Of a stretch of 64,000 bases of DNA, positions 11,191 to 20,700 are shown one piece after another. Position 1 is the stretch's first letter, and every line of letters begins with the position of its first letter. The position numbers and the translations under genes are program-made. Below the pieces are notes generated by a model. It ran no database searches, was not told the DNA's origin, and saw only the letters and a program-made list of their open reading frames with translations. The stretch is from Alphaproteobacteria bacterium (GTDB lineage: Bacteria; Pseudomonadota; Alphaproteobacteria; Rickettsiales; UBA3002): assembly GCA_035911175.1 (NCBI GenBank), contig JAMHWA010000022.1, positions 27,329 to 91,328 on the forward strand, written 5' to 3'.

Positions 11191-11637
11191 TTATTTCGGT
11201 TTCTCTTCCATCTCGGGTGCGCTTGGCAGCAAATCACGCAATGCTTGGGGCAGCAGCATCGGCGTAAAATCGGCCACGCTGACAGCGACAACCTCAATCT
11301 GAATGGTCGCCAGCAGCGTTGCATCACGGGTGATGGTTTGGATTAAGCTCATACGCACTTTGCCCATGCCTGACAAGCGGGTTTCTACCATCAGCAAATC
11401 ATCGAGGCGGGCAGGGCGTCGCCAGTCGATATTCGCGCGGCGGACGACAAACATGAGGCCGAACTCGTTTTGCAAGCGCTCGCGCCCAATCGTCAGGTGT
11501 CGCAGCCACTCGGTGCGCGCACGTTCACAAAAATTGAGGAAGTTGGAGTGATACACCACACCCCCCGCATCCGTATCCTCATAGAACACGCGGATGGGGA
11601 AGAAAAAGGCGTCGTCTTTGGGATAGGCGTTCATCAT
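11191..11637 (-). CDS. ybgC: Tol-Pal-associated acyl-CoA thioesterase YbgC
   Basis: 4HBT hot-dog fold signature VFYEDTDAGGVVYHSNFLNF, located upstream of tolQ. Confidence 0.9.
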   Translation of the reverse strand: MMNAYPKDDAFFFPIRVFYEDTDAGGVVYHSNFLNFCERARTEWLRHLTIGRERLQNEFGLMFVVRRANIDWRRPARLDDLLMVETRLSGMGKVRMSLIQTITRDATLLATIQIEVVAVSVADFTPMLLPQALRDLLPSAPEMEEKPK

Positions 11638-11640
11638 GGG

Positions 11641-12684
11641 TTAGTCATCTCCATCCAACAACCCCAACTGCTCCGCCGTCACTGGCTTCTTCGGTGCCAC
11701 CAACCCCAAATGCTTGAATGCCGTCGCCGTCATCACTCGCCCGCGCGGGGTACGTTGCAGGAAGCCCAGTTGCAGCAGGAACGGCTCGATGGTTTCCTCA
11801 ATCGTGTCGCGCGCTTCGGAGAGCGCAGCGGCGATGGTTTCGACACCCACGGGGCCACCATCATAGTGTTCAGCAATGAATTTCAGGTAGCGATGGTCGG
11901 AGGAATCGAGCCCCAAGCTATCCACCTCAAGGCGTTTCAACGTCGCATCCGCCATCGGTGCATCCACGCTGTCTTTCCCTGCTGCGTTCGCAAAATCGCG
12001 CACGCGTTTGAGTAGGCGCACCGCAATGCGCGGTGTGCCGCGTGAGCGCTTGCCGATTTCGTTCGCCCCATCCGGCGTGATGCCGACTTTGAGGAGCGCC
12101 GCCGCGCGCGACACCACTTTTTTTAGCTCCGCCACGTCATAAAAATTCAGCTTCAAGGGGATGCCAAAACGGTCACGCAGCGGGCCTGTCAGCAAGCCAA
12201 TGCGCGTGGTGGCGCCCACGAGGGTGAACTGCGGCAAATCAATCCGCACCGTGCGCGCGGATGGCCCTTCGCCGATGATTAAATCGAGCTTGAAATCCTC
12301 CATCGCGGGGTAGAGTACTTCTTCCACGGCCGAATTGAGGCGATGAATTTCGTCGATGAACAACACATCGTTTGCTTGCAGGTTGGTGAGGATCGCCGCA
12401 AGGTCGCCCGCCTTGGTGAGGAGTGGCCCCGATGTTGCACGAAAATTCACGCCCATTTCCTTGGCGACAATGCTGGCGAGTGTGGTTTTGCCCAAGCCCG
12501 GAGGGCCATAGAGCAGTACATGGTCGAGCGCTTCCTCGCGCGATTTAGCGGCCTTGATGAACACGCCAAGATTCTCCACCACTTGCGGCTGGCCAGTGAA
12601 ATCACTCAGCGATTGCGGGCGAATCCCGCGCTCGATTTCATCGCCGTCGAGTGCTTCGGGTGAGGTGAGGGCAGGTTTGCTCAT
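11641..12684 (-). CDS. ruvB: Holliday junction branch migration helicase RuvB
   Basis: Walker [10 protein letters not shown], Walker [10 protein letters not shown], 347 aa. Confidence 0.97.
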   Translation of the reverse strand: MSKPALTSPEALDGDEIERGIRPQSLSDFTGQPQVVENLGVFIKAAKSREEALDHVLLYGPPGLGKTTLASIVAKEMGVNFRATSGPLLTKAGDLAAILTNLQANDVLFIDEIHRLNSAVEEVLYPAMEDFKLDLIIGEGPSARTVRIDLPQFTLVGATTRIGLLTGPLRDRFGIPLKLNFYDVAELKKVVSRAAALLKVGITPDGANEIGKRSRGTPRIAVRLLKRVRDFANAAGKDSVDAPMADATLKRLEVDSLGLDSSDHRYLKFIAEHYDGGPVGVETIAAALSEARDTIEETIEPFLLQLGFLQRTPRGRVMTATAFKHLGLVAPKKPVTAEQLGLLDGDD

Positions 12685-13313
12685 GCTGCCAACTCCCGCA
12701 AGGAGTTACGAATCAACGCATCCAGTTTTGCATCGGGTGCTTCTTGCTGCAGACGCATGACCACCGTAAATGCTTCACTGCGGTTATAGCCCAAATGTAC
12801 GAGGGCAGAGAGTGCATCCTCGATCACACTCGGCGTAGGTGCGGCTTTTTTGCCTTTGGCGGGTGCTTCACCTGCATGGCTTGCGGGCATGCTAAACCCA
12901 GCAGCACCCAGTTGCACGGCTTTGGATTTAAGCTCCAGCACAATGCGCTCGGCCAGTTTGGGGCCCACGCCACTCACGACCGTCAGCGCTTTTTTGTCCT
13001 GCGCGGCAATGGCAGTGAGGATGGCATCGGGCGAAAGCGCGCTCAAAATCGCCATCGCCATTTTCACGCCGACACCCTGCACGGTGGTGAGGGTGCGGAA
13101 CCACACACGCTCAGCAGCAGTGGCAAAACCATAAAGGTGGATATGGTCCTCGCGCACATGGGTTTCGGTGAGCACACTCATCAGCCCGCCACGCTCGGGC
13201 AGGGCGGCGAGTGTTTTGGCACTGGCGAACACCAAATAGCCCACACCATTCACATCGAGGATGAAGTGATCCTCGGCGATGTCGTCGACGCGTCCTGTCA
13301 GTTTTCCGATCAT
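12681..13313 (-). CDS. ruvA: Holliday junction DNA-binding protein RuvA
   Basis: [10 protein letters not shown]-terminus, HhH motifs ([21 protein letters not shown]), 4-nt overlap with ruvB. Confidence 0.96.
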   Translation of the reverse strand: MIGKLTGRVDDIAEDHFILDVNGVGYLVFASAKTLAALPERGGLMSVLTETHVREDHIHLYGFATAAERVWFRTLTTVQGVGVKMAMAILSALSPDAILTAIAAQDKKALTVVSGVGPKLAERIVLELKSKAVQLGAAGFSMPASHAGEAPAKGKKAAPTPSVIEDALSALVHLGYNRSEAFTVVMRLQQEAPDAKLDALIRNSLRELAA

Positions 13314-13352
13314 GGGGCGTTTATATCGCGGTTCTAAGTGCGAGTCGAGCGC

Positions 13353-13844
13353 TTACCGAACGTTATGCGCATGGGTGATGGCAATGGCCAGCGCATCGGC
13401 CGCATCGTGCTTGCAGGCGGCCAGTGCAGGTTTAGCAGCGGGCATGAGGACGCCGACCATTTGGCTGACTTGGTTCTTGTCCGCAGCGCCCGTTCCGACG
13501 AGCGCTTTTTTCACCGTGCGCGTAGCATATTCCGCCACGGTTAAACCTTGGCTAGCCAGCGTGACAATCAGCACACCGCGTGCTTGCCCAAGCTTTAAGG
13601 TGCTTGCGCCGTTGGCGGTCACAAAGGTTTCCTCAATCGCCGCGCTGGTGGGTTTATAGAGGGTAATGATGCGTGTCAGGTCAGCATAAAGCTCCAGCAA
13701 CCGCTCGCTGAGTTCGCCCTTGGTGTTGGGTGCAATGGTGCCGCAATCGATGAAGGTGAGGGATGAGCCCTTGGATTCAATAATCCCCCAGCCAGTGGAA
13801 ACCAAGCCGGGGTCGATGCCGATGATGCGGTGCGTGTTACTCAT
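13353..13844 (-). CDS. ruvC: Crossover junction endodeoxyribonuclease RuvC
   Basis: IIGIDPGLVSTGWGII N-terminus with the catalytic Asp, and a C-terminal DAADALAIAI motif. Confidence 0.96.
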   Translation of the reverse strand: MSNTHRIIGIDPGLVSTGWGIIESKGSSLTFIDCGTIAPNTKGELSERLLELYADLTRIITLYKPTSAAIEETFVTANGASTLKLGQARGVLIVTLASQGLTVAEYATRTVKKALVGTGAADKNQVSQMVGVLMPAAKPALAACKHDAADALAIAITHAHNVR

Positions 13845-14124
13845 CCTTCGCCTTAGGCGCGGGGAGTTTCAAAATCCGCGCTCTTGCGCGGCGGATGAGG
13901 AGATAGCGCACGCCAAGCAGCAGCAGGTTGAGGGCGAGATAACCAAGCGCAAACTCGACCCCAAACGAGGTGAAGGCTTGGTTGGTTTGCTCCTTCAGCA
14001 GCGTCAGCATCAACGCCACATACGCTACCGCACCGGCCATGATGGTGGCGTAGAATGCAAACCAACGTTGGGGGATGAGGAAGGTGATAAGTGGGATGAG
14101 GATGAGAATGAGGCGTGCCATCAC
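13837..14124 (-). CDS. Small hydrophobic membrane protein (about 3 predicted TM), function unknown
   Basis: 95-aa ORF that exactly fills the yebC-ruvC gap. Its ATG overlaps the yebC stop and its 3' end overlaps the ruvC start by 8 nt. Strongly hydrophobic with a basic C-tail. Confidence 0.6.
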   Translation of the reverse strand: MMARLILILIPLITFLIPQRWFAFYATIMAGAVAYVALMLTLLKEQTNQAFTSFGVEFALGYLALNLLLLGVRYLLIRRARARILKLPAPKAKDE

Positions 14125-14867
14125 GCACTCAATTTCTGTGCATCGGCGTCGCTGATTTCGACATTGCTATACACTTCCTGCACGTCGTCGTTATCCTCTA
14201 GCGCTTCCACCAGTTCCATCAGCGCTTCCAAATCATCACCCGTGGCGGGGGCGGTGATTTTGGCGATGAAGGTGTGCTTGGCAGCGGCAGGATCACCAAA
14301 TTTTTGCGCCAACGCCTCGCGCACCGCACCCAGCGTTTCAAACGCGGTGGTGATGGTGTGCACGCCATTCGCCGTTTCGCAATTTTCGGCACCTGCCTCG
14401 ATTGCGGCTTCCAGCATTGCGTCTTCTAACACCTTCTCAGCGGGGTATTCAATAATGCCGACATGGTCGAACATGAAGCCCACCGAGCCCGACTCACCCA
14501 TATTGCCGCTGTTTTTGGTGAAGATGGAGCGCAAGTCCGAAGCAGTGCGGTTGCGGTTATCGGTCAGCGCATCGACAATAATCGCCACGCCGCCTGCGCC
14601 GTAACCTTCATAGCGTACGCTCTCGTAATTCTCTTGCACCCCTGTGCCCGAACCTTTGGCAATCGCGCCGTCGATTCTATCCTTGGGCATGCCTGCTTGG
14701 CGCGCCTTGATGACCACCGTGCGCAGCTTGGCGTTAAAGTTAATGTCGGGCCCGCCCTTGGCCGCCACAATGATTTCGCGAGCGATTTTGGTGAAGATTT
14801 TGCCGCGTTTGATGTCTTGAGCGCCTTTGCGTCGTGCAATGTTCGCTGCGTGGGAATGGCCTGCCAT
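14121..14867 (-). CDS. yebC: YebC/PmpR family DNA-binding transcriptional regulator
   Basis: MAGHSHAANIARRKGAQDIKRGKIFTK N-terminus is diagnostic of the family. It holds the conserved position upstream of ruvC. Confidence 0.93.
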   Translation of the reverse strand: MAGHSHAANIARRKGAQDIKRGKIFTKIAREIIVAAKGGPDINFNAKLRTVVIKARQAGMPKDRIDGAIAKGSGTGVQENYESVRYEGYGAGGVAIIVDALTDNRNRTASDLRSIFTKNSGNMGESGSVGFMFDHVGIIEYPAEKVLEDAMLEAAIEAGAENCETANGVHTITTAFETLGAVREALAQKFGDPAAAKHTFIAKITAPATGDDLEALMELVEALEDNDDVQEVYSNVEISDADAQKLSA

Positions 14868-15017
14868 AGTTTGCTCGTGTGATTAAAGTGATCGTTAGCG
14901 GTTATTAATGCCTACAGCGAATGGGTGCAATTAGCAATTTCTGTGGGACAAGTAAGCAACGAGGAAGGTTGATCTTTCCATTAACGACACTGGCTTAAAG
15001 CCTAGTGTTTCAGCGTG

Positions 15018-15039
15018 TTTTAGTAAAATTTTACTAAAA
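15018..15039. promoter_or_regulatory. Perfect 22-bp palindrome in the divergent yebC / REC-gene intergenic region (candidate operator)
   Basis: TTTTAGTAAAATTTTACTAAAA. All 11 pairs were checked by hand. It lies in a roughly 300-bp AT-rich non-coding stretch. Confidence 0.5.
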
Positions 15040-15166
15040 AATCATGGTTTATTTGGTTTGCATTTTTGGGGTATTTTTGTTAAATTCAACTCAACGTTTA
15101 GATGGCGATTGAACGCCGCAACATGTCGGTAAAATGGCATGTCTTTAATGAGGGGATGGACGATCA

Positions 15167-16240
15167 ATGCGACTATTATGTGTCGAGGACGAGCCTGCAC
15201 TGCGCGAGGACATCGCCGAGTTTCTAAGGATGCAATCCTATGAAGTGGATGAGGCCGGTTCGGGCGAGGAGGCCATGCAACGCCTCAGCACTGGCCAATA
15301 TGACCTGATTCTGTGCGATATCAAAATGCCGCAGATGGATGGCTACGAGCTGTTGCGCCATGTACGCGCTGCCAACAATATGGTCACCACGCCGTTTTTA
15401 TTCCTCAGCGCGCTCGATGAGCGCAACGATAAAATCCAAGCCTATGAAAAGGGCTGCGATGGCTATCTCACGAAGCCAGTCGATTTTTCAGTGCTCGACG
15501 CCACGTTGAAGGCGCATGTGGAGCGCGAACGTGCGAGGGCTTTTTCGCATCTAAGTAACCAGCAGCTAAGCCAACGACACATGATGGTGGCGATTGACGA
15601 TGTGCTTAATGGCCCTATGCAGCAAGTCGTGGGCGTCATTCAGAATTTATGCGATTCACTGCCCGAGTTAACGCAAGCGGGCGTGGATGAACATTTGAAC
15701 ACGCTGCATGGACATCTTCAGCAACATGTGGAGGAACTACAGACTTTCCATGATGTGCTGGCTATGCGCACGCAGTCGACTGAGTTGAATTATGGAACCA
15801 TTCTTTCGTCCGATTTAATCAAGAATGCGATGAAGTTGTGCGCTTATCACAACCCCGCGACTCAACTACGCCATAAAGCGGATAGTGCGATTCCTGAAAT
15901 GTTGACCGTAGATATCGGTGCTATGCAGCGTGCGATTAGCGGGCTATTGGCTGAAATCCCCAATGCATTCGATAGCTGCGATATTATTACGTCCGAAATC
16001 GAGCCTGAGCGCTGGACGCTCACCATTTCTGACCACCCTTCGATGAGCGAGGAATATGATTTCGAGCCGATTGATGAATACACCAACTTTTATGCGCTTT
16101 CATCGGTAACGCGCCAGCGCATTGCCGCACTTAACTATGCGTTGCAAGTTGTGCAGGCGCACCGTGGCCGCGTTGAAATCAAACTTTGGCCGCATGATTT
16201 TCTGGCGGTGCGGTTCATTCTTCCGCAGCCACCCGAATAG
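15167..16240 (+). CDS. Response-regulator receiver domain fused to a degenerate histidine-kinase-like (pseudokinase) domain
   Basis: The N-terminal REC has the acidic pocket (VEDE), phospho-acceptor LILCDIKMPQMDG and KP (YLTKP). The C-terminal roughly 230 aa resemble DHp+HATPase: the tail GRVEIKLWPHDFLAVRFILP is kinase-like, but no HE(L/I)(R/K)(T/N)P H-box and no G1/G2 glycine boxes are visible. Confidence 0.75.
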   Translation: MRLLCVEDEPALREDIAEFLRMQSYEVDEAGSGEEAMQRLSTGQYDLILCDIKMPQMDGYELLRHVRAANNMVTTPFLFLSALDERNDKIQAYEKGCDGYLTKPVDFSVLDATLKAHVERERARAFSHLSNQQLSQRHMMVAIDDVLNGPMQQVVGVIQNLCDSLPELTQAGVDEHLNTLHGHLQQHVEELQTFHDVLAMRTQSTELNYGTILSSDLIKNAMKLCAYHNPATQLRHKADSAIPEMLTVDIGAMQRAISGLLAEIPNAFDSCDIITSEIEPERWTLTISDHPSMSEEYDFEPIDEYTNFYALSSVTRQRIAALNYALQVVQAHRGRVEIKLWPHDFLAVRFILPQPPE

Positions 16241-16352
16241 CCGCTTACTAGAAGTGCAATCGTTTCGGTGCGGTTGTTGCACAGCAGCAATTTGATTGAA
16301 TCCCGCACGTGTTTGCGCTTATATGCATGCCTAACCATCAGGTGCGCGGGCT

Positions 16353-17765
16353 ATGCTGACATTCACCACGACCGAACAAGCCTATCCTCAAACGCGCGAT
16401 GCATCCGCGCGCAAGCTCGACTTCAATGAAATCAGCCGCCCATTTAATGCCACCGACGCCGCCACCCAAGCCTCGCGCTGCTCGCAATGCGGTGTACCGT
16501 TCTGCCAAATTCATTGCCCGCTTTCCAATAACATCCCGGATTGGCTAAAACTTGCCGCCGAAGGCCGCTTGCAGGAGGCCTACGCCATCTCAAGTGCCAC
16601 CAATAGCTTCCCTGAAATTTGTGGCCGCATCTGCCCACAGGATAAACTCTGTGAAGGCAACTGCGTCATCGAAAAAGGCTTTGGCGCTGTCACCATTGGT
16701 GCGGTGGAAAAGCACATTACCGAAACCGCTTTTATCGAAGGGTGGGTAAAGCCGATCAAGGTGACGCGCGAGAGTGGTCGCTCCATCGGTATCATTGGCA
16801 GCGGCCCCGCAGGGCTAGCAGCAGCGGATATGCTGCGCCGCCATGGCCACGCTGTGACGATTTATGATCGTTACGACCGCGCAGGCGGGCTGATGATTTA
16901 TGGCATCCCTAACTTCAAGCTCGATAAAAAAATTGTGCAGCGTCGCGAGAAATTGCTGCGTGATGGTGGCGTGAAATTTCAGCTAGGTGTGCACGTCGGT
17001 GTTACTACGACACTCGATAGTTTGCGCAAGAAGCACGATGCCGTGCTGATTGCCACCGGTGTCTACAAAGCGCGCACGCTTGGTGTTGAAGGCGATCATT
17101 TGCACCATATTTTTCCCGCAATGGATTACCTCACGGCCAGTAACCGCAAAGGGCTGGGCGACGCGGTGGCAGCGTTTGATTCAGGTGCGCTCAATGCGCA
17201 TGGCAAGCGCGTCGTCGTCATTGGCGGTGGCGATACGGCGATGGACTGCGTGCGCACCGCGGTGCGCCAAGGTGCAACATCCGTCACCTGCCTCTATCGT
17301 CGCGACCGTGGCAATATGCCCGGTTCCGCGCGTGAGGTAAAACATGCCGAGGATGAAGGTGTGGTGTTCGAATGGCTAGCTACACCTGCTGCATTTGTGG
17401 GTGATGTTGCAGTAAAGTCCGTCACCGTGCAGCGTATGCGCCTTGGCGCGGCGGATGAATCTGGCCGCAGCGCTGTCGAGGCAATTGCGGGCGATACCTA
17501 TGCGCTTGAAGCCGATATGGTCATTCAAGCGCTGGGCTATGATGCGGACGATATGCCCGCCCTGTTTAACGCGCCTGAATTGCGCGCAAGCAAATATGGA
17601 ACGTTGGCGATTAACAACCAGTTCATGACTTCGTTGCCTGATGTTTATGCAGCGGGAGATATTGTGCGCGGAGCGTCACTCGTGGTCTGGGCCATCAAGG
17701 ATGGGCGCGATGCCGCCATGGCTATCCATGCGCGGTTGATGGGCGAGGTGCAGCATGTGGCATGA
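16353..17765 (+). CDS. gltD: Glutamate synthase (NADPH) small subunit
   Basis: Fe-S Cys clusters (CSQCGVPFC..HCP, CGRICPQDKLCEGNC), two Rossmann motifs (IIGSGPAGLAAA, VIGGGDTAMD), 470 aa. Confidence 0.95.
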   Translation: MLTFTTTEQAYPQTRDASARKLDFNEISRPFNATDAATQASRCSQCGVPFCQIHCPLSNNIPDWLKLAAEGRLQEAYAISSATNSFPEICGRICPQDKLCEGNCVIEKGFGAVTIGAVEKHITETAFIEGWVKPIKVTRESGRSIGIIGSGPAGLAAADMLRRHGHAVTIYDRYDRAGGLMIYGIPNFKLDKKIVQRREKLLRDGGVKFQLGVHVGVTTTLDSLRKKHDAVLIATGVYKARTLGVEGDHLHHIFPAMDYLTASNRKGLGDAVAAFDSGALNAHGKRVVVIGGGDTAMDCVRTAVRQGATSVTCLYRRDRGNMPGSAREVKHAEDEGVVFEWLATPAAFVGDVAVKSVTVQRMRLGAADESGRSAVEAIAGDTYALEADMVIQALGYDADDMPALFNAPELRASKYGTLAINNQFMTSLPDVYAAGDIVRGASLVVWAIKDGRDAAMAIHARLMGEVQHVA

Positions 17766-20700
17766 GGATTTCGACACCCGCGCCGAGCATTTAGCGCAGC
17801 ATGGGCTCTATGCAAAAAGCGATGAGCGCGATGCCTGTGGCGTTGGCCTCATTGCGGCTATCGACGGCGTGCCGCGCCGTGCGATTGTCGAAAAAGCCAT
17901 CGAGGGGTTGCGCAACATGTGGCACCGTGGCGCCGTGGATGCGGATGGAAAAACGGGCGATGGTGCAGGCATTCACGTCCAACTGCCGCAGGCGTTTTTT
18001 GCGGATTATATTGCACGCATCGGCAAAAAGCCTGATGCGCGTATTGCGGTGGGCATGGTGTTTCTGCCAAAGAAAAATTTCGCCGCGCAGGAGCAATGCC
18101 GCGCCATTATCGAGACCGAAATTTTGCGCCTTGGCTATCATATCCATGGTTGGCGGCAAGTGCCTGTAGTGGCCGAGGTGATTGGCGATATCGCCAGCGA
18201 ATCGCGCCCCGAAATTGAGCAGGTCATGATTGCTGGTCGCCCTGAACTGGACGAGCAGCGTACCGAGCGCGATATGTACCTCATCCGCCGCCGCATCGAG
18301 AATGCTGTGCGCGCCAAAGCCATCAACGATTTCTACATCTGCTCGCTCTCCTCGCGCTCGATTATTTACAAAGGTCTATTCAAAGCCGAGCAGCTCACCG
18401 CGTTCTATCCCGATTTGCTGGATGAGCGCTTCATCAGCAATTTTGCGGTGTTTCACCAGCGGTTCTCCACTAACACCGCACCCGCGTGGCACCTTGCACA
18501 GCCCTTCCGCGTGCTGGCGCACAACGGCGAAATCAACACACTGCGCGGGAATATCAACTTCATGCGTAGCCACGAGGCTAGCTTCACCTGCGAGGCATTC
18601 AAGGGCGTCGAGGATGATCTTCGCCCTGTGATCCCCGAGCATACGTCCGACACAGGTGCGCTGGATGCGGTGATGGAAATCCTTACGCGTGCTGGCCGTG
18701 CGCTGCCGCTTGCAAAACTGATTCTCATTCCTCCCGCATGGAGCAAAAACAAAGAACTCCCGCAACATCATCGTCATTTGTTCGCCTGCTGCAATGCCGT
18801 GAGCGAGCAGTGGGATGGCCCCGCCGCGATTGCCGCCACCGATGGCGAGTGGGTGATTGCGGGCATGGATAGAAACGGCCTGCGCCCCATGCGCACCCTC
18901 GTCACGCGCGATGGCTTGCTGATTTGTGCCTCGGAAAGCGGCATGGTGCAGGTGGAGGAGGAAAACGTGCTCGAGCGCGGCCGCCTTGGGCCGGGGGAAA
19001 TGATCGGCGTCAATTTGCTGCAACAAAAATTATTTCATGACTATGAATTGAAGGATTATCTCGCCGCCGAGAAACCTTACAGCGAATGGGTTGGAAAGAC
19101 CATTTTGCTGCGCGATGTGTTGCAACAAACACGCAGCAAAAAACGCGAGGTGCCAGATGGAAATGCACTGCTGCAACGCCAGCGTGCCGTGGGTCTCAGC
19201 ATGGAGGTGGTCGAGGGTATTATTCACCCGATGGCCGTAACCGCTAAGGAAGCCGTCGGTAGTATGGGTGATGATGCGGCAATGGCGGTGCTGTCGGATA
19301 CGTTCCGTCCCTTCCACCACTACTTCCGCCAGAATTTTTCGCAAGTCACCAACCCGCCGATTGATAGTTTGCGCGAAGCACGGGTGATGAGCCTGAAGAC
19401 GCGCTTCGGCAATGACGGCAACTTCCTCGCGCTGGATGATTCGCACAGCGAAATTGTGCTGGCCGATACGCCGATTTTGCTCGCGCACGAAATGGCTGCC
19501 GTGGCGCAGCATTTGAAAAAACGCATCACGCGGATTGACACCACCTTTGCACTGGATGGTGAGGAAAATGGCTTGCGCCGCGCCCTCGACCGCATCGTTG
19601 CCGAGGCGGAGAAAGCAGCGCTTGCGGGCAAATCCTTCCTGCTACTGAGTGACGAAGCTACGAATGAAACGCGTGCCTCTATCCCGATGATTCTAGCCAT
19701 TTCGGCGGTGCATAGTCACCTCGTGAAAAAGAAATTGCGAAAAAGATCCTCCATCCTTGTGCGCACGGATGAATGTTCGGACGTGCATGCGCTTGCGGTG
19801 ATGATTGGCAGCGGCGCCACGGTGGTGCACCCTGCATTGGCGGAAGATACAATTGTGCTGCGTCACTCGCGCAAATTGTTGGGTGGCATCTCGTGCGAGC
19901 AAGCGCTCGAGAATTTGCGCGAAGCACTTGGCCAAGGCTTGCTTAAGATTATGGCCAAAATGGGTATTTCGGTGGTGAGTGCCTATCGTGGTGGCCTCAA
20001 TTTCGAGGCGATTGGGCTCAGCCGTGCACTGGCTACGGAATTTTTTGTGGGGCTACCATCGCGCATTTCTGGCATTGGTTTAAGCGGCATTGAAGCGCGT
20101 ATCCGCAAGCAATACGCAGTGGCTTACCCCACGCAGGATGTGGGTATGCAGGGCTTGCCTGTCGGTGGCTTCTATCGTCTGCGTGCGGGGGCGGATGCGC
20201 ACGCATGGACGGGCGAGAATATTCACGCACTGCAAACGGCGGTCACCAAAGGCTCCTATCAGCTTTATAAAAAATATGCGGCCAGTGTTTATGCCGCGCC
20301 GCCAATTAGCCTGCGCGACCTGTTCGATTTTGTAGGCAGCACTACGCCGATTGCGATTGAAGAAGTGGAGCCAGTTGTCGCCATTCGTAAGCGCTTCATT
20401 GCGCCCGCCATGTCGCTCGGCGCGCTGTCGCCCGAGGCGCATGAGGTGTTAGCCGTGGCGATGAACCTCATCGGTGCCGCCAGCAATTCGGGCGAAGGTG
20501 GCGAAGGGCCCGAGCGCTACACCCCACGCGCGAATGGTGACAATGCCAACTCGGTGATTAAGCAAATTGCTTCGGGTAGATTTGGTGTTACCGCGGAATA
20601 TTTGAACAGCGCACGTGAGCTGCAAATCAAAGTGGCGCAAGGTGCCAAACCGGGTGAGGGCGGCCAGCTTCCGGGCTTTAAGGTTACGGTAGAGATTGCC

